Numbered from the stretch's first letter, positions 1 to 9,237 are shown. The stretch: DNA of 64,000 nucleotides from Candidatus Omnitrophota bacterium (GCA_043808175.1 JAZDFE010000007.1:16099-80098), one strand, 5' to 3'. Numbers and translations are program-made. Notes: a model not told the origin generated them from the sequence alone.

Positions 1-746
1 AGAAGATCGTGCTTCGTTATCATGGCAAGGGCCCGAAGAAGATCTATATCGACGTCAAGAAACAAGGCCCGGTCAAGGCCGGCGATATCCAAGCGGATGA
101 GACGGTCGAGATTGTGAATCCCGAACTCGTACTCTGCACCCTGAGCAAATCCCACACCTTCAAGATGGAAATGGAAGTGGGCCGTGGCCGCGGTTATGTT
201 CCTGCCGAAAAAAACAAGCAAGAAGGTGCCTCCATTGGCGTGGTGACGGTCGATTCGTGCTTTTCTCCCGTGAACAAAGTGAATTTCTACGTGGAAGACA
301 CCCGCGTAGGGCAAGTGACCGATTATGACCGTCTGGTCCTGGAGATATGGACGAACGGCGCTATGGGCCCGGAAGAAGCGCTCCTTTACGCGTCGAACAT
401 TCTCCAACGGCATCTCGATGTCTTCGTGAACTACGGCGAATTGCCGGAAGAAGAGGAAGAAGAAGAGGTTGAGGACAAAGAATTTTTGGATATGATCCAC
501 AAGCCTATCAGCGAGTTGGAGCTTTCTGTTCGAAGCGCCAACTGTCTTGAGGCCGCTAATATCAAAACGATCGGGGAGCTTATTCAGAAGACGGAAGGGC
601 AAATGCTCAAATACAAAAACTTTGGGAAAAAGTCCCTCAACGAGATCAACGCGATCTTGGTCGGGATGAACCTTCATCTCGGCATGAACATCGAGGACTC
701 TTCACCGAACAAGGGCGCGACGCACGCGGCCTCGGCAGAATCATAA
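1..746 (+). CDS. rpoA: DNA-directed RNA polymerase subunit alpha, C-terminal part. The 5' end lies upstream of the window and the frame runs in from base 3.
   Basis: An alpha-CTD helix-hairpin-helix region is visible in the translation (ELELSVRSANCLEAANIKTIGELIQKTEGQMLKYKNFGKKSLNEINAIL). rplQ follows, as in the alpha operon. Confidence 0.9.
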   Translation, partial: KIVLRYHGKGPKKIYIDVKKQGPVKAGDIQADETVEIVNPELVLCTLSKSHTFKMEMEVGRGRGYVPAEKNKQEGASIGVVTVDSCFSPVNKVNFYVEDTRVGQVTDYDRLVLEIWTNGAMGPEEALLYASNILQRHLDVFVNYGELPEEEEEEEVEDKEFLDMIHKPISELELSVRSANCLEAANIKTIGELIQKTEGQMLKYKNFGKKSLNEINAILVGMNLHLGMNIEDSSPNKGATHAASAES

Positions 747-755
747 GGATTCATC

Positions 756-1307
756 ATGCGCCATCAACGTCGCAGAAGGACATTAGGGGTCGTCACCGCT
801 CATCGCACGGCGAAGCTCAGGAATCTCGTGCGGGCGCTCGTCCTAAAAAAACGGATCGAGACGACGCACGCCAAAGCCAAAGAGACCAGCGCGTTCGCGG
901 ATAAGATGATCACGATCGCGAAGCGCGAGGGGCTTCATGCCCGCCGGCTTTTGATCTCCAAAGTCCGGGATCCGGAGATCGCGCGTGTTTTGATCACCCA
1001 GATCGCCCCGCTTTTTAAGGGCCGCGAAGGCGGCTATACTCGCGTGCTCCGGCTGGGGTATCGTGCCGGGGACGGAGCCCAAATGGCTCTTTTGGAATGG
1101 ACCGCGGTCTTTGAAGCTCCTGCCAAAAAAGCCAAGAAAAAGAAAGCAACAAAACCCGCTGAGAAGGCACCTGCCAAGGAATCTCCCAAGACCGCGGATA
1201 CGAAAAAAGGGTCTGAAGTCGCGGAACAGGCAGAGAAGAAGGATCCGGAGAAAAAAGGCGGTTTTCTCGGGAAACTCCGGAAGTTCTTCAAGGGCGACGA
1301 ATACTAG
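756..1307 (+). CDS. rplQ: 50S ribosomal protein L17 with a Lys/Ala/Pro-rich C-terminal extension of about 60 residues.
   Basis: L17 core sequence is present (RHQRRRRTLGVVTAHRTAKLRNLVRALV...GGYTRVLRLGYRAGDGA). Its position after rpoA fits. The tail AKKAKKKKATKPAEKAPAKE... is low-complexity. Confidence 0.9.
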   Translation: MRHQRRRRTLGVVTAHRTAKLRNLVRALVLKKRIETTHAKAKETSAFADKMITIAKREGLHARRLLISKVRDPEIARVLITQIAPLFKGREGGYTRVLRLGYRAGDGAQMALLEWTAVFEAPAKKAKKKKATKPAEKAPAKESPKTADTKKGSEVAEQAEKKDPEKKGGFLGKLRKFFKGDEY

Positions 1308-1318
1308 GAGTCTGGGGT

Positions 1319-2482
1319 ATGGAACTTTCAAGCAGAGTTCTCGCGGTAAAACCTTCCGTTACGCTTGAGATAGCCGCCAAGGCGAAGGCGATGAAAGCGC
1401 AGGGGATCGACGTAATCTCCTTGAGCGCCGGCGAACCGGACTTTGATACACCGGCCTTTATTAAAAATGCCTGCATCGAATCCCTCAAAAAAGGAAATAC
1501 CAAATACACCCCCGTCCCCGGAACCGTCGAACTCCGCCAGGCCATTTGCCGTAAACTGAAGCGTGATCAGGGCCTTGATTTTACTCCCGAGCAGATCGTA
1601 GTCGGTTGCGGCGCCAAGCATGTGATCTTTAATGTGCTTTTTGCCCTTCTGAACCCGGGCGATGAAGTGCTTATCCCCGTGCCCTACTGGTTGAGTTATC
1701 CCGAAATGGTGACTGTCCTCGGCGGCACAAGCGTTTTTCTCCCGTCGACGGAAAAGACGGATTTCAAGATCACGCCCGAGGTGCTCGCAAAAGCACTCAC
1801 GCCGCGTTCCAAGATCCTCATCCTGAACTCACCGTCGAATCCTACGGGGGCCGTTTATTCCCGGGAAGAGCTCTTGGCGCTTTGCGCGGTGCTTGAGAAG
1901 TTCCCGAACGTGACCGTGCTGAGCGACGAGATCTATGAAAAACTTGTTTTTGACGGCCGTAAACACGTTTCGATCGCGTCCTTGGATCCCGAGATCGCCA
2001 AACGTACGGTGATCGTGAACGGACACAGCAAGGCCTATGCGATGACCGGTTGGCGTTTGGGATATGCCGCATTCCCGGAAAAAACCCTTGCCAAGGCCGT
2101 GGAGAGCATCCAGAGCCACTCGACATCGAATCCGGTCTCTTTTACGCAGCCCGGCGGGGTGGTCGCCCTGGACCAGGGGGACGCAGAAGCCCAAAAGATG
2201 TGCGAAGTATTCCAGAAACGCCGCGACCTTTTCATCGAAAAACTGAAAGCCGTAAAGTCCTTCAAACCGTTCAAATCGAACGGGGCTTTCTATCTTTTCG
2301 TGGACATTCAAGGAACGGGCTTGAGCGGCTTTGAAGTCGCGAAAAAACTCCTTGATGAAGTCCATGTCGCGGTGATCCCTTGCGAGCCTTTCGGCAGTCC
2401 TCATCATATCCGCATGAGTTACGCCACCTCAGAAAAAGACATCGAAACCGCCGTCCAACGCATCGCCTCTATCTTCAAGTAG
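1319..2482 (+). CDS. Class I (aspartate/aromatic) aminotransferase.
   Basis: PLP-fold I motifs are present (NSPSNPTGAVY, SKAYAMTGWRLGY). At 387 aa the length is typical. Confidence 0.85.
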   Translation: MELSSRVLAVKPSVTLEIAAKAKAMKAQGIDVISLSAGEPDFDTPAFIKNACIESLKKGNTKYTPVPGTVELRQAICRKLKRDQGLDFTPEQIVVGCGAKHVIFNVLFALLNPGDEVLIPVPYWLSYPEMVTVLGGTSVFLPSTEKTDFKITPEVLAKALTPRSKILILNSPSNPTGAVYSREELLALCAVLEKFPNVTVLSDEIYEKLVFDGRKHVSIASLDPEIAKRTVIVNGHSKAYAMTGWRLGYAAFPEKTLAKAVESIQSHSTSNPVSFTQPGGVVALDQGDAEAQKMCEVFQKRRDLFIEKLKAVKSFKPFKSNGAFYLFVDIQGTGLSGFEVAKKLLDEVHVAVIPCEPFGSPHHIRMSYATSEKDIETAVQRIASIFK

Positions 2483-2552
2483 TTCCCGCCCGACCAAAAT
2501 CGCTTTTCTTGAAAAAATGAATAAGGCCACTTTGTGTTAAAATATCCCCCCT

Positions 2553-4439
2553 ATGGAGATCAGACGGCTTAGGATCAACGCGCAGATCGGGATCGGGCAG
2601 CTCGAGGAGCTTCTTACCGGGCTCCAATACCAGAAGCGGGAATATGTTGCCCTGCCCGGGGAATTCGCCGTGCGCGGCGGGGTGGTGGACATCTATCCCG
2701 TGACCTACCGGCTTCCGGTCCGCGTTCAGTTCCGGGGCGACACACCCGTCCAGATCCGTGATTTCTCGCTCGCCACCGGCGAAAGCACGGCGACCTTTGA
2801 AGAGGTGTTCCTCATCCAGGTCTCCGAGATGTTCCGGAAAAAACTCCGGCGTATGGAGGAGCGGCTTGAGACCTTCGAACCCGTGGCCGGCACCAAAGAC
2901 CTCGAGCGCGGAGACCTCGTGGTGCACCTCAAGTACGGCATCGGCCGTTTTCTCGGTACCAAGACCATTCAAATGCAGGGGGTCCGCACCCGTTGCATGG
3001 CGATCGAATACGCCGAGCGTGAGATCCTTTACCTTTCCGTTGAAGAGCCCGTGGAGCGTTACATCGGCGGCTCCGGCGCAGGGCCGAAACTTACCAAGCT
3101 CAATACCCAGGAATGGGAGAGGATCAAGCACCGGACGCGAACGGCGCTCCACAAGGTCGCCAAAGACCTTCTTGAGATCCAGGCCAAGCGCAGTCTCTTG
3201 CAAGGGCTGGCTTTCCCGAAGGACACGCCGTGGCAAAAAGAGTTCGAAAAAGAATTCCCTTTTGAGGAAACGCCCGGGCAAAAGCGCGCGATCGAAGAAG
3301 TAAAACGGGATATGGAATCCTCGGGGCCAATGGATCGCCTGCTTTGCGGGGACGTGGGCTACGGTAAGACCGAGGTCGCGATGCGCGCGGCATTCAAGGC
3401 GGTGATGGGAGGCAAGCAGGTGGCCTTCCTGGTGCCGACCACGATCCTTGCCGAACAGCATTATGTTTTACTGAAAGAGCGCGCGAAAAATTTTCCGGCC
3501 ACAGTCGAGCTTCTCTCCCGATTCCAATCCCCGAAAGAACAAAAAGTGATCGTCAGGTCCCTCCAGGAAGGCGCGACGGACGTCGTGATCGGCACGCACC
3601 GCCTGCTTTCCAAGGATATCCGGTTCAAGGATCTCGGACTTGTCATTATCGACGAGGAACAGCGCTTCGGCGTACGACACAAGGAAAAGCTGAAACAGAT
3701 GCGCAAGCAAGTGGATGTCCTGACGCTTACGGCCACGCCCATCCCGAGGACACTCCATATGGCGCTCCTCGGCGTGCGCGATATGTCGGTCATCGATACT
3801 CCGCCCAAGAGCCGGATGCCGATCGAGACCTTTGTCATGGAATATCATGAGACGATTATCAAGCAGGCGATCGAACGGGAACTTACGCGCAAGGGGCAGG
3901 TCTATTTTGTGCACAACCGTGTGCAGTCGATCGAACGAGTCTATGAGCGGATGCAAACAATTTTACCCGACGTGCGGTTTGGGGTCATGCACGGGCAGAT
4001 GCCGGTCGATGGGCTTGAAACCGTGATGAAAGCATTCCTGAAGGGCGAGATTGATTGTCTTATCTCAACCTGCATCGTGGAATCCGGAATCGATATCCCG
4101 AACGTGAATACGCTCCTTGTGGACCGGGCCGATTGCTTTGGGCTCGCGGATCTTTATCAACTGCGGGGCCGCGTGGGGCGTTTCAAGGAAAAGCGGCAAG
4201 CCTACGCTTATTTTCTGATCCCGAAGAACTGGGTGATGACCCAGGACGCCCAAAAAAGGCTTTCCGCCATCGAAAAATTCACCCAGCTGGGCTCGGGTTT
4301 TAAGATCGCGATGGAGGATCTCGAGATCCGCGGCGCCGGGAACCTGCTCGGGCATGAGCAAAGCGGTTTCATTCAGGCTGTGGGTTTTGATCTTTACTGC
4401 CGTATGCTCAAAAAAGCCGTGGAAGAGCAGCGTAAATAA
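2553..4439 (+). CDS. mfd: Transcription-repair coupling factor Mfd. At 628 aa it is a short form that appears to lack most of the N-terminal UvrB-homology module and the C-terminal D7 domain.
   Basis: An RNA-polymerase-interaction region and a superfamily-2 helicase core are present (LLCGDVGYGKTEVAMRAA, DEEQRFGV, LTATPIPRT, LYQLRGRVGR). The ORF is bounded by the aminotransferase stop upstream. Confidence 0.8.
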   Translation: MEIRRLRINAQIGIGQLEELLTGLQYQKREYVALPGEFAVRGGVVDIYPVTYRLPVRVQFRGDTPVQIRDFSLATGESTATFEEVFLIQVSEMFRKKLRRMEERLETFEPVAGTKDLERGDLVVHLKYGIGRFLGTKTIQMQGVRTRCMAIEYAEREILYLSVEEPVERYIGGSGAGPKLTKLNTQEWERIKHRTRTALHKVAKDLLEIQAKRSLLQGLAFPKDTPWQKEFEKEFPFEETPGQKRAIEEVKRDMESSGPMDRLLCGDVGYGKTEVAMRAAFKAVMGGKQVAFLVPTTILAEQHYVLLKERAKNFPATVELLSRFQSPKEQKVIVRSLQEGATDVVIGTHRLLSKDIRFKDLGLVIIDEEQRFGVRHKEKLKQMRKQVDVLTLTATPIPRTLHMALLGVRDMSVIDTPPKSRMPIETFVMEYHETIIKQAIERELTRKGQVYFVHNRVQSIERVYERMQTILPDVRFGVMHGQMPVDGLETVMKAFLKGEIDCLISTCIVESGIDIPNVNTLLVDRADCFGLADLYQLRGRVGRFKEKRQAYAYFLIPKNWVMTQDAQKRLSAIEKFTQLGSGFKIAMEDLEIRGAGNLLGHEQSGFIQAVGFDLYCRMLKKAVEEQRK

Positions 4440-4531
4440 GTCGTACCACGGGACACGATACCACGAGCCACGTGGTACGTGGACCGTGGTGCGTGGAGCG
4501 TATGATTCTTATCTGCGTTGACCGTTGCGCG

Positions 4532-4559
4532 TTGCGCGTTGCGCAATAAGGGTTATAAT
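4532..4559 (+). promoter_or_regulatory. Candidate sigma70 promoter (TTGCGC-N16-TATAAT) immediately upstream of surA. It would give a near-leaderless transcript.
   Basis: TATAAT lies at about 4554-4559 and TTGCGC at about 4532-4537. The -35 overlaps a triple tandem heptamer (cgttgcg x3). Confidence 0.35.
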
Positions 4560-4568
4560 GTGGCCCCT

Positions 4569-5537
4569 ATGATGAAAATCGTTCTATTCTCTCTAATAAT
4601 GACTTTATCCGTGCCATTCGCCCGCGCCGCGGAACAGGAATTGCTGGATCGCGTGGTGGCGGTGGTCAATGACGAGGTCATCACCCAGGCCGAACTGGAT
4701 ACTTTCCTCCGCCCGATCTATGAACAATACAGCAAGGAATACAGCGGCGCGGAATTGGTGAAAGCGATCGACGAGGTTCGCCAAAAGATCCTAGGCCAGA
4801 TGATCGAGGATAAGCTTGTATACCAGGAAGCGGTCCTGATGGGGATCGAGATCAAGGAAGAAGACGAGGAGAAGGAGTTCCAGGAGTTCAAGTCCAAGCT
4901 GGAAAAACCCGGGGACTTGGACGAGATGCTTGAGCGGGAAGGTCTTACGATGAAAGCTCTGCGCGAGCGGCTCAAGAAGCAGGCGATGGTCCGTCAGCTT
5001 CAGGATCGCGAGATCCGTTCCAAGGTGATCGTGTCTCCTGCCGAGATAGAAGCTTTTTTCAAGAATAATCCTGACAAGTTCAAGAGCAAGGAGCGCATCC
5101 GGGTCAAGTCGCTTACGATCAAGAAAAGCGAAGAAGCGCGCGCGAAGGGTTTGACGGACGAAAAAGCAAAGCAACGGATCGGGCTTTTGGCGCAAAAGAT
5201 CCGGCTCGATCGCAATTTTGATCAGATCGTCAAGGATCTTTCCGAAGATAGCCATGCCAAAGAGGAAGGCCTGGGAGAATGGATCGAGCGCGGCGCCATG
5301 ATCGAATCCGTGGATGAAGTGATCTTTAAAACTCCCGTGGGAGCAATCACCGGGGTTGTGGAGACTCCCATCGGGTATCATATTTTTCGTATCGAGGCGA
5401 AAGAGCCTGAGAAGGTTCGGACTTTTGAGGAAGTGAAAGATCAGATTGCGGGATATCTCTTTCAGGAAAAAAGTAACGTGAGGTTCCACGACTGGATGGA
5501 GGAAATCAAGAAGGCGGCCTATATTTCAATCAAATAA
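4569..5537 (+). CDS. surA: Periplasmic chaperone / peptidyl-prolyl cis-trans isomerase of the SurA family. It has a signal peptide, a SurA N-domain and one parvulin domain.
   Basis: The start is refined to MMKIVLFSLIMTLSVPFARA, which is a signal peptide. A parvulin motif is present (GVVETPIGYHIFRIE). surA-pdxA-rsmA synteny is conserved. Confidence 0.75.
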   Translation: MMKIVLFSLIMTLSVPFARAAEQELLDRVVAVVNDEVITQAELDTFLRPIYEQYSKEYSGAELVKAIDEVRQKILGQMIEDKLVYQEAVLMGIEIKEEDEEKEFQEFKSKLEKPGDLDEMLEREGLTMKALRERLKKQAMVRQLQDREIRSKVIVSPAEIEAFFKNNPDKFKSKERIRVKSLTIKKSEEARAKGLTDEKAKQRIGLLAQKIRLDRNFDQIVKDLSEDSHAKEEGLGEWIERGAMIESVDEVIFKTPVGAITGVVETPIGYHIFRIEAKEPEKVRTFEEVKDQIAGYLFQEKSNVRFHDWMEEIKKAAYISIK

Positions 5538-5543
5538 AACAGG

Positions 5544-6644
5544 ATGACGGAGGGCGGAAGGAGGATGACGAAGAAAGACAGGATGAAAAAGGGCAGAAAG
5601 CTAATAACGAAAAACCCAAGACTCCATCCATCCTCCGCCATCCGGCATCCGGTGATCGCAATCACCATGGGCGATCCGGGCGGCATCGGCCCCGAGATCC
5701 TCGTGAAGGCCCTCCAAAAGGAAAAACCCTCCAAGCGCTTGGCCTATCTTCTGATAGGGTCCCGGCAGGCGTTTAAAACACTGTGTCAAAAAACAGGCCT
5801 TTGGCTTCCGTTTCAAACCGCTCCTTCCGTTCTTTCCGGGTCCCTTCGCGCCGGGAATATTTACTTTCTTGATGTTTCACAGGGACCTTCCGGTAACGAG
5901 ACATTTCAAATAGGGAAGTTATACCGCGAAAACGGGCGGCTTGCGCTCTTGGCGATCAAAAAAGCAGCCTCTTTGGCAAAACAAGGGATCATCGATGCGA
6001 TCGTGACCGCGCCGGTGAACAAGACAGCGATCCGCCTTGTCGACGGAAAATTCATCGGCCACACGGAGTTCCTCGCCGGGAAAGCCAAGGTCCGGCGATT
6101 TGCCATGATGTTCATGAGCCCTCGCCTTAATGTGACGCTTGCGACCATTCACGTGCCGCTCAAAAAAGTAAGCGGGCTGCTCACAAAAAAGTCCATCCTT
6201 GAAAAGATCCGCCTGACGAATGAAATGCTTAAAGAAGGGCTCGCCATCAAAAAACCCAGGATCGCGATCTGTGCTTTGAACCCGCACGGCAAAGAATTCG
6301 GGGAGGAAGAGACGAAAGTGATCGAACCTGCAGTCCGTGCGGCATGCCGCGAGGGCATGGACGCTTCGGGGCCGTTTTCGGCCGATCTTCTTTTCCATGC
6401 CGCTTATCAGGGTCGATATGATGCGGTGATCGGTATGTACCATGATCAGGCGCTCGCGCCGTTCAAGCTGATCGCGTTCCACGACGGCGTGAACGTCACA
6501 CTCGGGCTTCCCTATGTCCGCACCTCTCCGGACCACGGCACGGCTTTTGATATTGCTTATCAGGGCAAGGCCGATCCTTCCTCCATGCTTGCGGCGCTCC
6601 GCCTTGCCGAGAAAGCCGTACTTGCGAAATGCTCACGCAGATAG
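5544..6644 (+). CDS. pdxA: 4-hydroxythreonine-4-phosphate dehydrogenase PdxA. The true start is possibly the internal GTG near 5652; the upstream 36 codons encode an RHP-rich leader.
   Basis: PdxA N-terminal signature is present (IAITMGDPGGIGPEI) with downstream PdxA/PdxA2 family sequence. An AGGAGG ribosome-binding site plus ATG lies at about 5560-5568. Confidence 0.85.
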   Translation: MTEGGRRMTKKDRMKKGRKLITKNPRLHPSSAIRHPVIAITMGDPGGIGPEILVKALQKEKPSKRLAYLLIGSRQAFKTLCQKTGLWLPFQTAPSVLSGSLRAGNIYFLDVSQGPSGNETFQIGKLYRENGRLALLAIKKAASLAKQGIIDAIVTAPVNKTAIRLVDGKFIGHTEFLAGKAKVRRFAMMFMSPRLNVTLATIHVPLKKVSGLLTKKSILEKIRLTNEMLKEGLAIKKPRIAICALNPHGKEFGEEETKVIEPAVRAACREGMDASGPFSADLLFHAAYQGRYDAVIGMYHDQALAPFKLIAFHDGVNVTLGLPYVRTSPDHGTAFDIAYQGKADPSSMLAALRLAEKAVLAKCSRR

Positions 6645-7480
6645 AGCTGCTTAAAAAATACGCGCTCCGGATCCGTGGCCATTTTGGCCAGCACCTCTTG
6701 ATGGACCCAAACACGATCCGCAAGATCGTGGACGCCCTGGATCTTCAACCCGGCGAACACGTTTTTGAGATCGGGCCGGGACTGGGGGCAGTGACGCGGG
6801 AGGTCCTGCGGCGGGGGTTTCCTTTGCTCGCGGTGGAAACAGACAAGAAGTTCGTCGAGATCCTGACGCGAGAACTTAGCCCGGAGCATCCCGATCGCTT
6901 CAAATTGATCCAGGGCGATATTCTTAAAAGCGATCCTACGAAAATGATCCGCGAATGGGCCGGTCCCGGGGTCAGGGCAAAGGTGATCGGGAATCTTCCT
7001 TACTACATCAGCACGCCCATTCTTTTTCATTTGATCGAGCACGCCAAAGTTTTTTCGAAAGCCGTGCTCATGCTCCAAAAAGAGGTGGCTGCGCGGCTTA
7101 CCGCGCAAGCGGGGGATAAAGACTATGGACGCTTGAGCGTTACAAGCCGGCTCTACGGAGAAGCGCAGTTCCTTTTCGATGTTTCGCCGAAGTGTTTTCT
7201 CCCGCCGCCCGAAGTTACTTCGCGGGTCGTGCGGTATGCTTTTCGAAGCGATATCAAACCAGGTCACGAAAAATTCCTTCTCGAGATCATCCGGGTCGCG
7301 TTCAGCCAGCGGCGCAAAACCCTTTTGTCATTACTGGCGCATCATTTTAAGTCCGAGCATGGGCGTGAAGATCTTGAGCGTATTTTCGAAAAGCTCGGCT
7401 TTTCCACCAAAATCCGAGGCGAAACCCTTTCTCTCGAGCAATTCGGCCTTCTTGCGGAGGCTTTGGAAACGGCCCGTTAG
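6629..7480 (+). CDS. rsmA: 16S rRNA (adenine1518/1519-N6)-dimethyltransferase.
   Basis: KsgA motifs are present (GQHLLMD, FEIGPGLGAVT, IGNLPYYISTPI). It overlaps the pdxA 3' end, as in the surA-pdxA-ksgA operon. Confidence 0.9.
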   Translation: MLTQIELLKKYALRIRGHFGQHLLMDPNTIRKIVDALDLQPGEHVFEIGPGLGAVTREVLRRGFPLLAVETDKKFVEILTRELSPEHPDRFKLIQGDILKSDPTKMIREWAGPGVRAKVIGNLPYYISTPILFHLIEHAKVFSKAVLMLQKEVAARLTAQAGDKDYGRLSVTSRLYGEAQFLFDVSPKCFLPPPEVTSRVVRYAFRSDIKPGHEKFLLEIIRVAFSQRRKTLLSLLAHHFKSEHGREDLERIFEKLGFSTKIRGETLSLEQFGLLAEALETAR

Positions 7481-7524
7481 CCGTTTCCCGCAGTTGTTTA
7501 TTTGTTGTATAATACCGCCCTCTT

Positions 7525-8532
7525 ATGACCACCACACTGAATCTCGAGACGATTTATGCGCCGGTGCAAGCCAGCATGAGCCGGGTCCCATCGCTTATCC
7601 GGGAGACGCTCGACACTCCCATTCTCAAGATGCAAGAGATGGTGGACCATTTTTTTTCGAAGAACGGGAAGCTCCTACGGCCGGCCTTCGTTTTTCTAGG
7701 AGCCGGTCTTTCAAGGACTTTAAAATACGAACAGGAGATCTCGTCCGAGCGCAACGAAACAGCGGAGCTTCATCTTGCCGCAGCAGCCGAGATCTTCCAT
7801 GCCGCGACGCTCATTCATGACGACATCATTGATTCCGCACCCTTACGGCGGGGTGTTTCAGCCCTTCACATTCGATCAGGGTCCCAGGCGGCGGTTCTCG
7901 CGGGGGATTACTTTCATGACCGCGCCATCGTAACAATCTTTCGTTATGGCGATAACCGGATCATTCCGCTTTTCCTCCGGACGGCCGGCGAGATCTGTGA
8001 AGGAGAGGTTCAGGAGATCAGTGAAAAAAAGAACATCAACATGACCGAAGAGATCCATCTCGAGATCATCCGGAAAAAAACAGCGTCGTTCCTTGCGTGC
8101 GCCCTTCAGACGGGGGCGTTTATTTGGGGGATCGAACCGGAGAAAGCAGAGGCCCTCGGCCGGTTCGGGGAATTTTTCGGAATGGCGTTCCAGATCACGG
8201 ATGACTATCTGGATTTTTCCGGCGAAGAAAGCAAATTCGGAAAAACTCTCGGGTCGGACCTGGAAGAAGGAGTCTACACGCTTCCCGTGATTCATTGCCT
8301 CGCATCGGGAGAGCGGGACAAAGTCGTTCGCATTCTTTATTCCCGCAGCCACAAAAGACGTTTTTCCATACTTCGGGAGACTCTTGAAAAAAACGGGGCC
8401 CTGGATTATGCGCTTGCCAAGGCAAAAGGGTTTATGGACATGGCCAAACGCGAACTCGAGGTTTTCCCGCCGTCCATTTTCAGGACAAGTCTCGAACAGC
8501 TTGCGGATTATGCTCTTGGGCGGAATTGTTGA
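7525..8532 (+). CDS. Trans-polyprenyl diphosphate synthase, IspB-like.
   Basis: Both aspartate-rich motifs are present (LIHDDIIDSAPLRRG and QITDDYLDF). Confidence 0.8.
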   Translation: MTTTLNLETIYAPVQASMSRVPSLIRETLDTPILKMQEMVDHFFSKNGKLLRPAFVFLGAGLSRTLKYEQEISSERNETAELHLAAAAEIFHAATLIHDDIIDSAPLRRGVSALHIRSGSQAAVLAGDYFHDRAIVTIFRYGDNRIIPLFLRTAGEICEGEVQEISEKKNINMTEEIHLEIIRKKTASFLACALQTGAFIWGIEPEKAEALGRFGEFFGMAFQITDDYLDFSGEESKFGKTLGSDLEEGVYTLPVIHCLASGERDKVVRILYSRSHKRRFSILRETLEKNGALDYALAKAKGFMDMAKRELEVFPPSIFRTSLEQLADYALGRNC

Positions 8533-8538
8533 CCGGCC

Positions 8539-9237
8539 ATGTTGACCATTGTCCCGACGCCGATCGGTAATCTTTCAGACATCACGTTCAGGGCGCTTGA
8601 GGTCTTGAAACAGGCGGACATCATCGTCTGTGAGGATACGCGACAGACGCAGAAACTTCTCCAGCATTACGGGATCGTGAAACAGCTGCTCAGCTATCAC
8701 GATCATAGCACTCCGCAGAAGACAGCGGGGGTTGTAGCTCTTCTCAGGGAAGGAAAGCGTCTCGCGTTGGTTTCAGACGGTGGAATGCCGCTGGTATCCG
8801 ATCCGGGGTTCCAGGTCGTTCACGCGGCGCTTGCGGAGCAACTGCCGCTGGAGGTGTTGCCGGGGCCGTCGGCAGTCACAACAGCACTCGTTTTAAGCGG
8901 CCTTCCGACGGACAGTTTCAGTTTTTTGGGTTTTCTCTCCAATAAGGGTGAACGGCGCAAGCATGAGCTCCGGGCGCTCGCAGAGCGGGAAGAAACGCTC
9001 ATTTTTTTTGAGTCCCCCTTCAGAATCGTGAAAATGCTTCAGGATGCAAGCGAGATTTTGGGAGATCGGGAAGCTGCGGTTGCACGCGAACTTACGAAAA
9101 AATTCGAAGAGATTTTGCGCGGCAACCTGTCCGAACTCATCCGGGATATGACGCAAAAGCCCCGCAAAGGTGAGATGGTGGTTCTGATATCGGGCAAGGA
9201 CCGGAAAAGCGTTTTACCCAAGAGGAAAACCCCATGA
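8539..9237 (+). CDS. rsmI: 16S rRNA 2'-O-methyltransferase RsmI (tetrapyrrole-methylase fold).
   Basis: N-terminal sequence matches the family (MLTIVPTPIGNLSDITFRALEVLKQADIIVCEDTR). Confidence 0.8.
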   Translation: MLTIVPTPIGNLSDITFRALEVLKQADIIVCEDTRQTQKLLQHYGIVKQLLSYHDHSTPQKTAGVVALLREGKRLALVSDGGMPLVSDPGFQVVHAALAEQLPLEVLPGPSAVTTALVLSGLPTDSFSFLGFLSNKGERRKHELRALAEREETLIFFESPFRIVKMLQDASEILGDREAAVARELTKKFEEILRGNLSELIRDMTQKPRKGEMVVLISGKDRKSVLPKRKTP

